Shown: positions 39,212 through 51,539 of the stretch, piece by piece
Position numbering within the stretch: the first letter of the stretch is position 1
How the letters are laid out: each line of letters opens with the position of its first letter
Assembly (NCBI GenBank): GCA_963717465.1
Contig: OY970340.1
Coordinates: 2,656,001 to 2,720,000, forward strand
Source of the DNA: Candidatus Bathyarchaeota archaeon
GTDB lineage: Archaea > Thermoproteota > Bathyarchaeia > Bathyarchaeales > Bathycorpusculaceae
Direction: 5' to 3'
Length of the DNA: 64,000 nt
The notes under the pieces: generated by a model
The model's input: the letters and a program-made list of their open reading frames with translations, nothing else
Databases searched by the model: none
Told to the model about the DNA's origin: nothing
Translations under genes and position numbers: made by a program

Positions 39212-39370
39212 TAAAAGACTTGCTATTTATTTCCAAAAACCAGATTATTTTGGATTTTATCATAATTTTTATTATAATTAATTGATTACAAATCCTTAAG
39301 TTTACATTTAAGATTAAACATAGAATTTCTTTTGATCGACTGAGGGCTTGTAATCAAGATTTTAAAAAAT

Positions 39371-40492
39371 TTATAAATGGAATTTGTGCGTTTTTGATAC
39401 GTCGGTGTTGAATTCTTTTGCTAATTGCTCCAGTAATGATCTTTGTTGAGATGTTAGTTTTTCTGGAACTGATATTCCCACGCGGACCAGTAAGTCGCCT
39501 TTGCCGTAGCCTCTGAAATGCGGCATTCCTTTTCCTTTTAAACGGTAAACTTCGCCTGCTTGTGTTCCTGAATGAATCTTTATGATCGTTGGTCCTTCAA
39601 GTGTTGGAACGGATATTTCAGCGCCCAGAGCTGCTTGGGGATAGTTTACGATTGCTGCATGCCACAGGTTGTCTCCGTCCCGTTCAAATAGATTGTTCAG
39701 TTTTATGTTAACTTGAACGTAGAGATCGCCTGCTTCGCCATTGCTGTCCGTTAATCCGCCTTCCCCTCTTAGCCTTATCTGGTACCCGTCATCTATGCCT
39801 ACGGGTATTTTGATGTTGATTTTTCTATATTTCTTAGCTAAGCCTGATCCGCGACAGTTGCTGCATGGTTTTTCTATTAGTTTGCCTTTTCCTTTGCATG
39901 TTGGGCAGGGAATTACTTGAACAAACATGGAAAAGCTGTTTTTTCTCATGTTTTGAACTTTGCCTGCGCCGTTGCATCTTGGGCAAACTGTGGCTTCTGT
40001 GCCTGGGCTCGCTCCTGAACCTTGGCAGACTTCGCAGCGTTCTGTTCTTGGGATTTCAATTTCTTTTTCGACACCTTTGGCAGCTTCGTCCAAGGATAGT
40101 TCTAAATTGTAGGCTAAGTCTTGACCTCTATTGATTTGTTCTCCGAAACCTCCGAATCCTCCGCCGCTGAAAATGGTTCGGAAGATATCACTGAAGTCAA
40201 AGCCTACGTCTCTGAAAACAGAGTCAAAGTCAGTTCCTCTATAGATGTCTTCAGGAGAGTACTGTTGGTCAAAACCTGCATGGCCAAGAGTATCGTATTT
40301 TTGACGTTTTTGGTCATCTGAGAGTACAGCGTATGCTTCGGAAATTTCTTTGAATCTTTCCTCTGCTTCCGGAGACTTATTTCTGTCCGGGTGAAACTGC
40401 ATTGCAAGTTTTCTGTAGGAGTCCTTAATTTCATCTTTTGATGCTTTTCTTTCAACACCAAGTACTTCGTAGTAATCTCTTTTCTCAACCAT
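39371..40492 (-). CDS. dnaJ: Chaperone DnaJ
   Basis: HPD J domain and CxxCxGxG repeats; in the grpE-dnaK-dnaJ operon. Confidence 0.96.
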   Translation of the reverse strand: MVEKRDYYEVLGVERKASKDEIKDSYRKLAMQFHPDRNKSPEAEERFKEISEAYAVLSDDQKRQKYDTLGHAGFDQQYSPEDIYRGTDFDSVFRDVGFDFSDIFRTIFSGGGFGGFGEQINRGQDLAYNLELSLDEAAKGVEKEIEIPRTERCEVCQGSGASPGTEATVCPRCNGAGKVQNMRKNSFSMFVQVIPCPTCKGKGKLIEKPCSNCRGSGLAKKYRKINIKIPVGIDDGYQIRLRGEGGLTDSNGEAGDLYVQVNIKLNNLFERDGDNLWHAAIVNYPQAALGAEISVPTLEGPTIIKIHSGTQAGEVYRLKGKGMPHFRGYGKGDLLVRVGISVPEKLTSQQRSLLEQLAKEFNTDVSKTHKFHL

Positions 40493-40517
40493 TAAGTTTT
40501 ACCGCATCTCTTCAAAC

Positions 40518-42413
40518 TTATTTAACTTTATAATCTTCTGAATCAACCACTTTTTCATCGCCAGAAGGCGCTTGCCCGCCACTTGGACCTTGCTGTGGGC
40601 CGGCACCTTGCTCAGCTTGCTGACCTTGTTGTTTAGCTTGTTCTGCAGCTGCTTGTTCATAAATCACTTTGCCTACTTCCTGCAGCGTCTTTTGAAGCTC
40701 GTCTGTCTTTGCTTTAACTTGCGACATATCTTTGCTGGCCAATGCATCTTTTAGTGCAGTAGTTGCAGAGTCAATTTTGCTTATTTGATCCGGCGTTATT
40801 TTGCCCGCTAAGTCAGTCTTGGTTTTCTCAGCAGTATATATTAGACTGTCAGCGTTATTGCGCAATTCTGCCTCTTCACGTTTCTGTCTGTCTTGCTCAG
40901 CGAACTGTTCGGAGTCTTTAATTAATCGGTCTTTCTCCTCTGTTGAGAGTTTCGTGGATGCAGTTATTCGTATTTTTGATTCTTTTCCCGTGCCTCTATC
41001 TTTGGCTGTGACATTCAATATACCGTTAGCATCTATGTCAAACGTCACTTCTATCTGTGGGATTCCTCTTGGCGCAGGCGGTAAATCTACAAGGTTGAAC
41101 ATGCCCAATGAAACGTTGTCAGAAGCCATCGCACGTTCTCCTTGAAGCACATGCACTGTGACCGCTGTTTGACCATCTGTAGCAGTTGTGAAAACTTGAC
41201 TTCGCTTAGTCGGTATCGTCGTGTTTTTCTCCATTACTTTCGTCATAACTCCACCCAAAGTTTCAACACCTAAGGTTAACGGTGTAACGTCGAGCAATAG
41301 CAGATCTGTAACTTCACCAGTTATGACTGCAGCTTGGATTGCGGCGCCTATGGCTACACATTCCATCGGGTCAAGGCCACGTTCGGGTGTCTTTCCCAAA
41401 ATTTGTTCTACAAATCTTTGAACAAGCGGCATCCTCGTCATGCCACCGATAAGGATTATTTTGTCTACTTGTTGAGGGTTCAATTTTGCGTCTTCAAGAG
41501 CTTTCAGAATAGTACGCTCAGTCTTTTGAACTACAGGTTGCGCTAAGGATTCAAGCTTTGTTCGAGTTAAGGTTAAGTGTAAATGTTTAGGTCCTGAAGC
41601 ATCAGATGTAAGAAACGGCAAGTCAATATCAGTGCTCATCAAGGTTGAAAGTTCAATCTTTGCTTTTTCAGCAGCTTCTTTCAGTCTTGAAAGCGCCATT
41701 TTATCACCTGAAATGTCGACACCTGTTTGCCGTTTGAACTCTCCTAAAACAAAATCCATAATTGCCCTGTCAACATCTGTTCCGCCAAGCTGGGTGTCAC
41801 CACTGGTGCTTAGCACTTGGAAGACGCCTTTCCCGAAGTCCATCAATGTCACATCATGCGTTCCACCGCCGAAACTGAAGACCAAGATCTTCATTTCGTG
41901 CTCAAGCTTGTTTATGCCGTATGCAAGACAGGCAGCGGTTGGCTCGTTGATTATTCGCATCACTTGAAAACCAGCGATTTCTCCAGCATCTTTAGTGGCT
42001 TGTCGTTGGTTATCATCGAAATGGGCTGGAACAGTTATGACCGCTTTGCGGATAGTTCCACCCAAATAAGTTTCTGCGTCCTTCTTTATTTTCTGAAGAA
42101 TAAATGATGATACCTGTTGAGGAGTGTATTCTTTACCGTAAATACTTGCTTTGTATGTTGTTCCCATTTTCCGCTTTATCTCGAAAATGGTTCCTTCAGT
42201 ATTAGTAGTTGCCTGACGTTTTGCAGGTTCACCTACCAATAGTTGACCATCTTTAGTCAAGGCGACAACTGACGGAAACATCTTTCCAGCCATTGTCGGG
42301 CCTTCCGCACTCGGAATCACAGTTGAACGACCGCCTTCATATACGGCAGCGGCTGAATTCGTGGTTCCTAAATCTATTCCTAATACTTTTTCACTTTTTA
42401 CATTACTACTCAT
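40518..42413 (-). CDS. dnaK: Chaperone DnaK (Hsp70)
   Basis: [18 protein letters not shown] and [16 protein letters not shown] motifs. Confidence 0.97.
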   Translation of the reverse strand: MSSNVKSEKVLGIDLGTTNSAAAVYEGGRSTVIPSAEGPTMAGKMFPSVVALTKDGQLLVGEPAKRQATTNTEGTIFEIKRKMGTTYKASIYGKEYTPQQVSSFILQKIKKDAETYLGGTIRKAVITVPAHFDDNQRQATKDAGEIAGFQVMRIINEPTAACLAYGINKLEHEMKILVFSFGGGTHDVTLMDFGKGVFQVLSTSGDTQLGGTDVDRAIMDFVLGEFKRQTGVDISGDKMALSRLKEAAEKAKIELSTLMSTDIDLPFLTSDASGPKHLHLTLTRTKLESLAQPVVQKTERTILKALEDAKLNPQQVDKIILIGGMTRMPLVQRFVEQILGKTPERGLDPMECVAIGAAIQAAVITGEVTDLLLLDVTPLTLGVETLGGVMTKVMEKNTTIPTKRSQVFTTATDGQTAVTVHVLQGERAMASDNVSLGMFNLVDLPPAPRGIPQIEVTFDIDANGILNVTAKDRGTGKESKIRITASTKLSTEEKDRLIKDSEQFAEQDRQKREEAELRNNADSLIYTAEKTKTDLAGKITPDQISKIDSATTALKDALASKDMSQVKAKTDELQKTLQEVGKVIYEQAAAEQAKQQGQQAEQGAGPQQGPSGGQAPSGDEKVVDSEDYKVK

Positions 42414-42415
42414 TT

Positions 42416-42940
42416 TTATTTTCCTCCATCATTGTTACTTTGAGTTTTACATACAGCTACTTTGACGATCGCAGGTCGAATCACTCTATCATTCATTTTA
42501 TAACCCTTTCTTATTTCTTCAATTATTTTGCATGTGTCAATATTATCTCGCTCTTCGGTTGCTATAGCATTATGCAACGTGGGGTCGAATATTTTACCGT
42601 CTGAGCAATCAATTTGAGAAACGCCTTCTTGCTCAAGAACTTTTCTTAGCTTCTTTAATGTCATTTCAACTCCTTCTAATAGGTTTTTTTGCGTATTTTC
42701 TGAAGATTTCCCTATTTTTACAGCCAAGTCCAATTCATCGGCAACATCAAGCAGTTGAATGACTATATTTTCGGTGCAATGTTTTTTGATTTGCTCGGTA
42801 TCCCTATCGAACCGCTTCTTCAAGTTTTCGAAATCAGCCTGCAGGTACTTTAACCTTGTCAAGTATTCTTCTGAACGCTTCTTTTCAGATTCAAAAAGCG
42901 ATTCAAAATCAACTGGCTGATTCTGCTGATCATCAACCAC
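42416..42940 (-). CDS. grpE: Nucleotide exchange factor GrpE
   Basis: [18 protein letters not shown] and KGY....VIRPA.VKV motifs. Confidence 0.95.
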   Translation of the reverse strand: MVDDQQNQPVDFESLFESEKKRSEEYLTRLKYLQADFENLKKRFDRDTEQIKKHCTENIVIQLLDVADELDLAVKIGKSSENTQKNLLEGVEMTLKKLRKVLEQEGVSQIDCSDGKIFDPTLHNAIATEERDNIDTCKIIEEIRKGYKMNDRVIRPAIVKVAVCKTQSNNDGGK

Positions 42941-43277
42941 GCTGTATTCCTCTTTGCAATGCTGATTATCATGCTAATAAAAAAGTATTTCGTTCCAAGT
43001 TAGAAATTTTACATGTTAAAAGCCTTATTTGTGAATTTTTTTTAATAAACTGTTAAGTGGGGGCTAATTCAAGCCATTCAGGTTGGTTGCAAAGCAAACT
43101 CTTGGTTCAACTATTAGTTAACCCAAAACTAAAGTTTAACACATAGAAGCTAAGCTATCAAGCAAACAAATTTCAAATTCGCCAAAAACACATGAAATAA
43201 TCAATCAAGACACCCATTGCCTAAAATTAAGTCTAGAAACATTTTAATGCCCATAGCAACTTAAATAAAATAGAGGA

Positions 43278-43520
43278 ATGATAATGCCCACGGCATTTGT
43301 ATTAATAAATACAGAAATTGGATCGGAATCAGATGTTTTGAAAGACCTAAAAAAAGTTGAGGGCGTTGAAGAAGCTTCAGCAGTTTACGGAGTTTACGAT
43401 ATAGTGGCAAGAGTAAAAGCCGACACAATGGATAAATTAAAAGAAATAGTAACTTGGCGCATCAGAAGACTTGACAAGGTCAGGTCAACGCTAACTATGA
43501 TAGTTGTAGAAGAACGCTAA
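43278..43520 (+). CDS. Stand-alone Lrp/AsnC ligand-binding (RAM) domain protein
   Basis: AFVLIN.E.G.E..V...L...GV.EA..VYGVYDI.A.V. Confidence 0.9.
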   Translation: MIMPTAFVLINTEIGSESDVLKDLKKVEGVEEASAVYGVYDIVARVKADTMDKLKEIVTWRIRRLDKVRSTLTMIVVEER

Positions 43521-43643
43521 AATCTCACTCCTTACATTTTATCTAAAAAATACAATGTGATTGTATTGATACAGTCACATAATTTTAAATTAATTTAAAA
43601 ACCAATAAATCGTTATTCGCAAAAGTAGGGGAAGGCAAGAATT

Positions 43644-43811
43644 ATGAAAGAATCGCTTTGCAGGAGAACATTAAATATGAAAAAACCTACTGAAAGCGGA
43701 TGCGATGATTTTTTAAGAGGTTGGAAAAAGAGGTTTGGATTCAAACGATTTTTAGTTCCTTCCTTAAGCCATCCAAGAGCCAAACCTCTAAAACCAACCG
43801 TCAGCTTTTAA
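43644..43811 (+). CDS. Small hypothetical protein
   Basis: 55-codon open frame between the motif-bearing promoter (43556-43588) and the second RAM gene. Confidence 0.4.
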   Translation: MKESLCRRTLNMKKPTESGCDDFLRGWKKRFGFKRFLVPSLSHPRAKPLKPTVSF

Positions 43812-43824
43812 CGCCGAGGGAGAA

Positions 43825-44121
43825 ATGAAGAAGATGCCAAATGCATTTGTCCTTTTAACAACAGAGATTGGAGCAGAAAATCAAGTTTCTAGTGATCTAA
43901 GAAAGATTGAGGAGGTTGAAGAAGTCTACAGTTTATGGGGTGTTTACGATGTTATTGCTCACGTTAAAGCAGAAAGTATGAGTAAACTCAAGCAAGTGAT
44001 CACTAACAAAATCGAAAAAATAGATAAAATAAACTCGAAATTAACGATGATAATTACAGAAAAAAACAAGACTAATCTTCAAGAGCACTTGATTTTCGAA
44101 GAAAAGTCAATCTTAATGTAA
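43825..44121 (+). CDS. Stand-alone Lrp/AsnC ligand-binding (RAM) domain protein, second paralogue
   Basis: Same signature as 43278-43520. Confidence 0.88.
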   Translation: MKKMPNAFVLLTTEIGAENQVSSDLRKIEEVEEVYSLWGVYDVIAHVKAESMSKLKQVITNKIEKIDKINSKLTMIITEKNKTNLQEHLIFEEKSILM

Positions 44122-44196
44122 GTCTTTTTTGTTCATAAAGTAGGCAAAATTTTTTAACTTTCCAGATTAGTTGATGATTAATCTGGAGAACCTGTA

Positions 44197-45540
44197 TTGC
44201 AGAACCAAGATGTCATGCATATCGGATTAGATGATACTGATTCCACAAAAGGTGGATGTACAACTTATATTGCGTGCCTTCTTGTTGAGAAACTGGAGAA
44301 ATTTAACGTTCAATTTATTGATTATCCAGGATTAATTAGGCTTAATCCAAATGTGCCTTGGAAAACAAGAGGAAATGGCGCTTTAAACTTAAGGTTTAAG
44401 TTTAATCCAGAATTTGAAGATAAAATAAAAAATGCTGCAATAGCCCTTTTGGAGAAACATGCAGAGCTTTCGAACAAAGGAACTGATCCTGGAATTGTAT
44501 TTCTTAAAAGGCTGGAAGTCCCAGTCGAAATAAAAGAGTTTACTTGGAAAGCAGAAAAGCAAATTGTTACTTTAAGCGAAGCCTTAAAGCTAATCAAGAA
44601 ATTCAACGGTGAAGCTTTAGGGTACAATACTTGCAGAGGAATAATTGGTGCATTATCAGCAATCGGCGAAACCTTAACGGAAGATTACACTTATGAGTTA
44701 ATAGCTTACCGTAAACCGGAGAATTTCGGTTCAAAACGGATGGTTGACAAAAAATCAGTTTTCGAAATGGACCAGCAAACTCAACCGTACACATTTAACA
44801 ACGTTGATTATGAAAAACGGCGAATAATAATTACTCCACGTGGACCTGACCCAATCCTTTTTGGTATTCGAGGCGAAACAGCAGAGATCGTTATGAAGGC
44901 TTATGGCCTAATCAAGTCATTTGAGCCTGTTGATCGATGGATGATTTTTCGCTCTAACCAAGGTACTGACATGCATCTTACAAATGCAGGCATGTTAAGT
45001 CCATTGGAACCGTACAGTTCAGTCATAGTGAAAGGAGTGGTTTCAGAGAGCCCAAGAATCGTTCCAGTCAGGCACGCGATTTTCCAGCTTAAAGATAGTT
45101 CAGCCCAAGTTGACTGTGCAGCCTTTGAACCTACTGGTGATTTGCGGAAAGTCGCAATGGAACTTATGGTTGGCGATGAAATTGAAGCTTACGGCGCAGT
45201 TCGCAAGCGGGTTAATGGCAAGCCTTTAACGATTAATCTTGAGAAAATAAACGTGCTGAAGCTTGCACCTAAAACAGTCTTGGAAAATCCAGTCTGCCCC
45301 ACCTGTGGAAAGCATTTGAAATCAATGGGTAAGAATCAAGGTTTCAGATGCGAAAGATGCAGCAAGAAATATCCACAAATCCAGAAGAAAGCTTTACCAA
45401 TCAAAAGAGAATTGCAGACGGGATTGTATTTGACTTCTGTTCGTTCTCAAAGGCATTTAACTAAACCGTTGAGGCGCTATGGACAAGAAAAGCGTGAAGT
45501 TGAAGCAAAAAGCATGATTGAAAAATGGCATTTCCCTTAA
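44197..45540 (+). CDS. tiaS: tRNA(Ile2) agmatinylcytidine synthetase
   Basis: IGLDDTDS..GGCTT, RLNPNVPWKTRGN, GPDPILFGIRG, NQGTD, and Zn ribbon NPVCP.CG...S.GK.QGFRC. Confidence 0.95.
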   Translation: MQNQDVMHIGLDDTDSTKGGCTTYIACLLVEKLEKFNVQFIDYPGLIRLNPNVPWKTRGNGALNLRFKFNPEFEDKIKNAAIALLEKHAELSNKGTDPGIVFLKRLEVPVEIKEFTWKAEKQIVTLSEALKLIKKFNGEALGYNTCRGIIGALSAIGETLTEDYTYELIAYRKPENFGSKRMVDKKSVFEMDQQTQPYTFNNVDYEKRRIIITPRGPDPILFGIRGETAEIVMKAYGLIKSFEPVDRWMIFRSNQGTDMHLTNAGMLSPLEPYSSVIVKGVVSESPRIVPVRHAIFQLKDSSAQVDCAAFEPTGDLRKVAMELMVGDEIEAYGAVRKRVNGKPLTINLEKINVLKLAPKTVLENPVCPTCGKHLKSMGKNQGFRCERCSKKYPQIQKKALPIKRELQTGLYLTSVRSQRHLTKPLRRYGQEKREVEAKSMIEKWHFP

Positions 45541-45619
45541 AAGCAAGAAAGTCTTGAAATGCTTTAAATTTGTGAAATCCATAAGCCATTTTAAACTTAC
45601 ATTAAATGAAGGCACCGTC

Positions 45620-48434
45620 ATGGTTGAGAAACGGTTCGCGGCAGAGGAATATGCACTTCCATTCTTTAAGCAAGAAGGTTTCCAAAGAAAGCTTTGCCCA
45701 AAATGCCACGAGCACTTTTGGACGCAAGACCCAAAGATGGAAACTTGCGGTGAATCCAGTTCAGATGAATGCGGCTGGTACAGTTTTATCGGTAACCCCG
45801 CTACTAAAAAAAAGTACAGTCTTTCACAGATGCGTGAAGCTTTCTTATCTTTCTTTGAGAAGAACGGTCATATGAGGATTAAGCCTTATCCGGTTGTTGC
45901 CCGTTGGAGAAGTGACATTTACTTAACTCATGCAAGTATTATTGATTTTCAGCCGTATGTAACTGAGGGAATTTCTCCGCCGCCTGCTAATCCGCTGGTT
46001 ATTTCTCAACCGTGCATTCGACTTACTGATATTTCTAATACTGGTCCAACTTTTGGAAGGCACTTAACCATCTTTGAGATGGGTGGTGCCCACGCCTTTA
46101 ATTATCCTGACAAAGAAATTTACTGGAAAGACCAAACTGTGCGGTACCATCATCAGTTCGCAACTGAAGTTTTAGGAATAAGGTCTGATGAGGTCGTTTA
46201 CAAGGAAGATGTTTGGGTGGGTGGCGGAAATGCTGGTCCAGACGTAGAATGCATCGTTCGCGGAATCGAGGTTGGAACCTTGGTTTTTATGCAGTACAAG
46301 GTCGTCGGCGAAGAATTCGTAAAGTTACCAATTCAGAACAGTTGACACTGGTTATGGAATTGACAGGTTTGCATGGATCAGTCAGGGTTCGTCAAGCTTG
46401 TTCCAAGCAATATACGGCGGGTTGCATGACAAAGTTTTGAGCATGGCAGGCATAACAAATGTTGATAATGAGTTCTTGTCTCGAGTAGCCAAGTACTCGG
46501 GCTTGGTAAGTGTTGACAAAAATGCGAACAGGGTAATCACGCGGAAACGGGTTTCCGAATTATGCGGAATAGACATGAAAACCCTCGATAAAGTGCTGAT
46601 TCCGATTGAGAACGCTTGGGCAGTTATTGACCACACAAAATGTCTTTGCTTTATGCTATCAGAAGGCGTGGTTCCCTCCAATATTCAGGAAGGATATTTA
46701 GCAAGACTCCTATTCCGCAGAGTCTACCGTTTAATGCGAAACCTAAACATGGATCCAGCAAAACTGTACGATATTATCGATATGCAAGTTGACTACTGGT
46801 CGAAAGATTTTCCACAGTTCAAAACAATGCAAAAAGAAATCATAGAAATGCTAAAAGTAGAAGAAGAAAAATTTGAGGACACACTTTTACGCGGAGAAGG
46901 AATGATTAAACGTATCACAAATGAACTAAAACTTAGCGGCAAAAAAGAGCTGCCCGAAACGACTTTATCAGAATTATACGATTCTCATGGTCTTCCACCC
47001 GAAATTGTTAAGCAAGCAGCAGAAAAAGAAGGCGTTAAAGTTGATGTCCCTGAAAACTTTTATGCCTTAGTCGCAAAACGCCACATGCAGGCAAGCAAAC
47101 CTGTTGAAGAGGAAGAAGCTAAAGCTGAAGATAAACTGGAACATGAAGCTGAAAAGCTTGCGGCTACAGAAATGCTCTATTACTCAAATGCTTACCTCAA
47201 AGAGTTCGACGCAAAAGTTCTTAAAATCATAAATGAGCGCTACGTTGTTTTGGATAAAACATGCTTTTATCCAGAGGGCGGTGGGCAACCTGCTGATCAC
47301 GGTTTCCTGGTTTATGGCGATTCGAAGGTCGAGGTTGTAGATACTCAGAAGATCGGCAAAGTGATAGTGCACAAAATTAACGCTTCACCATCCTTTAAGG
47401 AAGGCTTCACAGTCAAGGGCATTTTGGATTGGGATAGGCGCTATTCACTTATGAAAGCTCATACAGGCACGCATCTTGTTAATGGCGCAGCAAGAAGGGT
47501 GCTAGGCGAGCATGTTTGGCAATCTGGTACACAAAAGGGATTGGAAACGTCAAGGTTGGATATCTCTCATTTTCGAAGGTTATCACAAAAAGAAATTCAT
47601 ACGATTGAAATGTTGGCAAATCAGGCTATCGGCGCTGGTATGCCTATTGTGATTAAGTGGTACCCAAGGAATGAGGCAGAATCAAAGTATGGTTTTAGAC
47701 TTTATCAGGGTGGAGCCGTGCCAGGAAAGGATATTCGCGTCGTGAAAACTGGCAATTGGGATGTGGAAGCTTGCGCAGGAACACATTTGAAAAATACAAG
47801 TGAAGTGGGCTTCATAAAAATTGTTTACACGGAAAGAGTGCAGGATGGCGTAGAACGGCTTGGCTACGCTGTTGGACTCGAAGCAATAAAAGCAATTCAG
47901 AATCAAGAAAGTCTATTATGGAACGTCGCTGGAATCTTAAGCGCACCTCTGGATAAGCTGGACAAGACAGCTGAGAAATTAATGAAGGAGCTAAAAGAAT
48001 CAAGAAATGAAAACAAACGACTTGTAAAAGAAATAGCAGAAAAAGAAAGCGAAACAGTGGATAAGACAAAATCTGGTGAGCAAGCAGTGGAGGTTGCGGG
48101 GGTTTCGTTGGTCAAGCGTGACTTCGGCGAAGTAATCGACGTTAATCGGATGGTGCAGACCGCGAGCGAAATCATAAAACGCAATCAAGCCACAGTCGCA
48201 ATATTCCATGGATCAGATGGAAAAACAGGCAGAATCATGATAATGGCTGGAGAAACAGCCGTATCCAAAGGAGTGGACGCGAACAAAATAATCAAAGAAG
48301 TATCACCTATAATTAACGGCGGTGGCGGAGGAAGACAAAATTTCGCTCAAGGTGGAGGAACAAAACCAGAAAATCTGCAGCAAGCAATTGTAGCAGCGGA
48401 ACAAGCCATTAAAAGACAGTTAATGAAACACTAG
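45620..48434 (+). CDS. alaS: Alanyl-tRNA synthetase (archaeal type), frameshifted near 46335
   Basis: PYPVVARWR.D..L..ASI.DFQP; VDTGYGIDR across the shift; editing HTGTH and ACAGTH; C-terminal GGGGGRQNFAQGGG. Confidence 0.95.
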
Positions 48435-48574
48435 TTTTATGCTTATAGAGTAATGGTGAGAGACATTATCGCTTCTTTGTCATAATTAGAAAAAGAATAC
48501 TTCTTAGGCTAATGTAATAGTCATTATGCGAATATGTTTGAGAAATTTAAAAAAAATAAGAAGAATATGTTCAA

Positions 48575-49381
48575 TTAATTTGTCACATTCGTCTTTGGAG
48601 GCAATTCATTTGAAAGAATATTTTCTTTTCGCCAAAGCCACGGTGTTCCGCTCAGGGCCTTCATTAGAGGAACCGCGATCACTGTTGCTAGCGCTGCTTG
48701 AACCAATCTGATTGCGGGATAAAGGAATGGGCTTGCTAGGAACGATAATTGAACATCTGCGAGTGGCATGCCAAAGATTCCGTTGTAAACAGTTGGCAAC
48801 GCGAAGATAAAGTTTCCAAACGTGTTGTCTGCTTGATTTCCAATGAATGCCAAAAGAAAGAAGAAAATTGTTCCATATCCAACTGACAGCTTTTTCCTCA
48901 AGAACACTAACGGCAAAATCAAGAGTAACGCAGCTATCTTGTCGAATAAAGCAGCCAATGCAATATACCAGTTGTCAATTGGCACATTGAAACCAATAAC
49001 AATACTTTGACCCGTCAACGGCGTGACGGGGGGAGTGAATAAAAAAGCAATAATCATGACTGCTAACACAGCAAAACCCCATTTCCATTTTTTATAAAAT
49101 ATTAAACCTGATACTAGCGCATTAAACATTGGCGCTAATATGAAGGGCAATCCGTAAGGAGACATTCCTGTGAGAGCCCATGCGATTGATGAGCCTAAAA
49201 GAGCCGCTGCAGCACCTAAGTACGGTCCTAAAACTAGTCCAAATATCGTGGCAATTAATGCGCTGAGGCTAATGGTTAATGGACCTACAGTTGTTGGGAT
49301 GTTAATGGGTGCTACCAAAGCTAGCACGTAGAATAAAGCTGCAAATATTGCTACTAAAGCTATTTGTCTTGTCTGTATCAT
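48575..49381 (-). CDS. ECF transporter S-component-like membrane protein
   Basis: Multiple TM helices, FGLVLGPYLGAAAALLG; likely start MIQTRQIALVAIFAAL. Confidence 0.65.
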   Translation of the reverse strand: MIQTRQIALVAIFAALFYVLALVAPINIPTTVGPLTISLSALIATIFGLVLGPYLGAAAALLGSSIAWALTGMSPYGLPFILAPMFNALVSGLIFYKKWKWGFAVLAVMIIAFLFTPPVTPLTGQSIVIGFNVPIDNWYIALAALFDKIAALLLILPLVFLRKKLSVGYGTIFFFLLAFIGNQADNTFGNFIFALPTVYNGIFGMPLADVQLSFLASPFLYPAIRLVQAALATVIAVPLMKALSGTPWLWRKENILSNELPPKTNVTN

Positions 49382-49581
49382 TTTTGTGCACTCCCTCTTG
49401 TCTGTATCATTTTTGTGCACTCCCATGTAAGTTTTTTCATCGAAGTGTAATTTTTTACATAACGTTTAGGTATAAAAACATTTTCCATGTTCATTTCACA
49501 TAATTGTCAAGAATCAAACCCTAACAATTATTACTAACTCCACAGTCTAAAACTATCCACTTATGGTAGAAGGCTGAAAAA

Positions 49582-51139
49582 TTGAATGTTCTGTTAATCA
49601 CAGGTTTACTTGCTAAAGATGTTGTTAAACAATATGCCAAACAAAGCAACGTAAAAACAGATGTTGTTGCTTTAAAAATTCCTGTTGCAGCACTACTTAC
49701 TCCTGAAGTAATAAGTAAAAACCTTGAAAACATGAAAGTAAGCGGCTACGATATGATTTTGACCCCAGGATTAATTTTAGGAGATACATCAGTTATTTCT
49801 AACACCATTAAAATTCCAGCTTTTAAAGGGCCAAAATATGCTGCTGATTTACCAACCGTTCTAGATTCGCTTGGTGAACTTGAGCTTTCGACAACTGTGC
49901 CAGCATGCGATTTACTGAAAGAAAAACTAGCACAAAAAGCCCTGCAAGAGCTTGAGAAAGTAGAACAAAACAGAAATGCCCTACTAAAAAGACCCGGGAA
50001 CGTGCTTGTTAAGGGTTTAGTAATCGGCAAGGATTTTCCAATGCGGGTTATGGCTGAAATTGTTGATGCAGCCGTGATGGAAGATAGTGAAATTCAACGC
50101 TTAGCAAAACAATACGTAAAGTCTGGAGCAAACATTATTGATGTTGGAATGCTCGCGGGTACAAGCAGACCTAAAGATGCTAAGCGCGCTATCGAAGCAG
50201 TCAAAGCCGTTGTTGACGTTCCAGTGAGCATCGATTCGCTTGATCCAGAAGAGATAAAAGCAGCTGTCGTAGCTGAAGCTGACATTATACTAAGCGCAGA
50301 CGCAGGCAATCTTGATAAAATCGCGCCGTTTGCAGCAAACGTTCCAGTAATTGTTATACCAACAAATCAGCAAAAGGGATATTTCCCTAAAAAAGCCCAA
50401 ACACGAGTAAAAGTGCTTGAAAACCTTATTAAGAAGGCTCAAAAATTAGGATTCACAAAAATTATTGGCGATTTGATTCTTGACCCTTCAAACGTTCTGG
50501 ATTCGTTTGCCGCATTTCGCAAATTTTCAATTAGAAATCCCAACGTGCCACTATTGATTGGAATTGCTAATGTGACAGAGCTTATGGATGCAGATTCAGT
50601 TGGGATTAATGCTTTGCTTTCACGCTTATCCTCTGAAGTTGATGCAAACATTTTGCTGGTAACTGAAAAAAGCCCTAAAACAAAAGGCACCATAAAGGAA
50701 GCTTCAACCGCTTCTAAGATGATGTTTTTGGCAAAGAAACGCAATTCTGTTCCAAAGGACCTTGGATTAGATTTAATTGTGTTTAAAGATAAGCAGTCAC
50801 TGGAAGAACCTTATCGGGAAGATTTTGAAGAAAAAACAAAAATTGTAATTGCAGAATGAACCTAAAACGGCTGAGTTGGATCCAAGTGGATTGTTCAAAA
50901 TAGCGCTTGATCGTGAAGAAACAAATATTGTTGTGTTGCATTATGAAGCGGCAATGGATAGCCCTTGTAAAATTATAAAGGGCAAAACTGCTGAAAGCGT
51001 GTATGTTAAGATTTTTGAGTTGGGTTTAGTCTCCCGTTTAGATCATGCTGCTTATTTAGGAAGAGAGTTAGCGAAAGCTGAAATTTGCCTGAAAACGGGA
51101 AAAGACTACATTCAAGATTCGCACTTATTCAAAGAATAA
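49582..51139 (+). CDS. Dihydropteroate synthase-like protein with C-terminal DUF4346-type domain (frameshift near 50855)
   Basis: LITGLLA, KGP.YAADLP, pterin-binding barrel IIDVG..VSIDS and NVTELMDADS.G; tail DPSG.F.I...HAAYLGREL.KAE. Confidence 0.88.
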
Positions 51140-51488
51140 TAATTAGGAGTTCAGCCTCAAAATTTTTTTTAAACTTTCCGATGAAAGTTTGCGTAAATTG
51201 TCCTCTTTATTTTCTAATTACAATTTTTTGTTTCAGTGAACTTTATTAAAATTTTTTTAGTTAATATTTTGCAAAAAAGTAGTGAACAAGTCATTTTGAC
51301 ACGTAAATGTAAAACCTAACAAAGCAAATAAAATCGCAAATAACGATAAAATAAATAACCATTTTTTAGGCTTATTTTCTTAAAAAACCTCATATTTAAG
51401 CCGATTTTTCTGGATTATCAATTAGTATTAGTTGTAAGCAAATTATAAATACAAATTGGACTTAATTGTAGCTTTTGAGGTTATAATC

Positions 51489-51539
51489 GTGGCGAAGACT
51501 GCCAAGAAAAAAGAGAAAAAGGGCGAGAAAAAGAAATAA
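51489..51539 (+). CDS. 16-aa lysine-rich micropeptide
   Basis: MAKTAKKKEKKGEKKK; TATA box (TTATAAAT at 51443), GAGGT RBS, downstream T-tract. Confidence 0.5.
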   Translation: MAKTAKKKEKKGEKKK

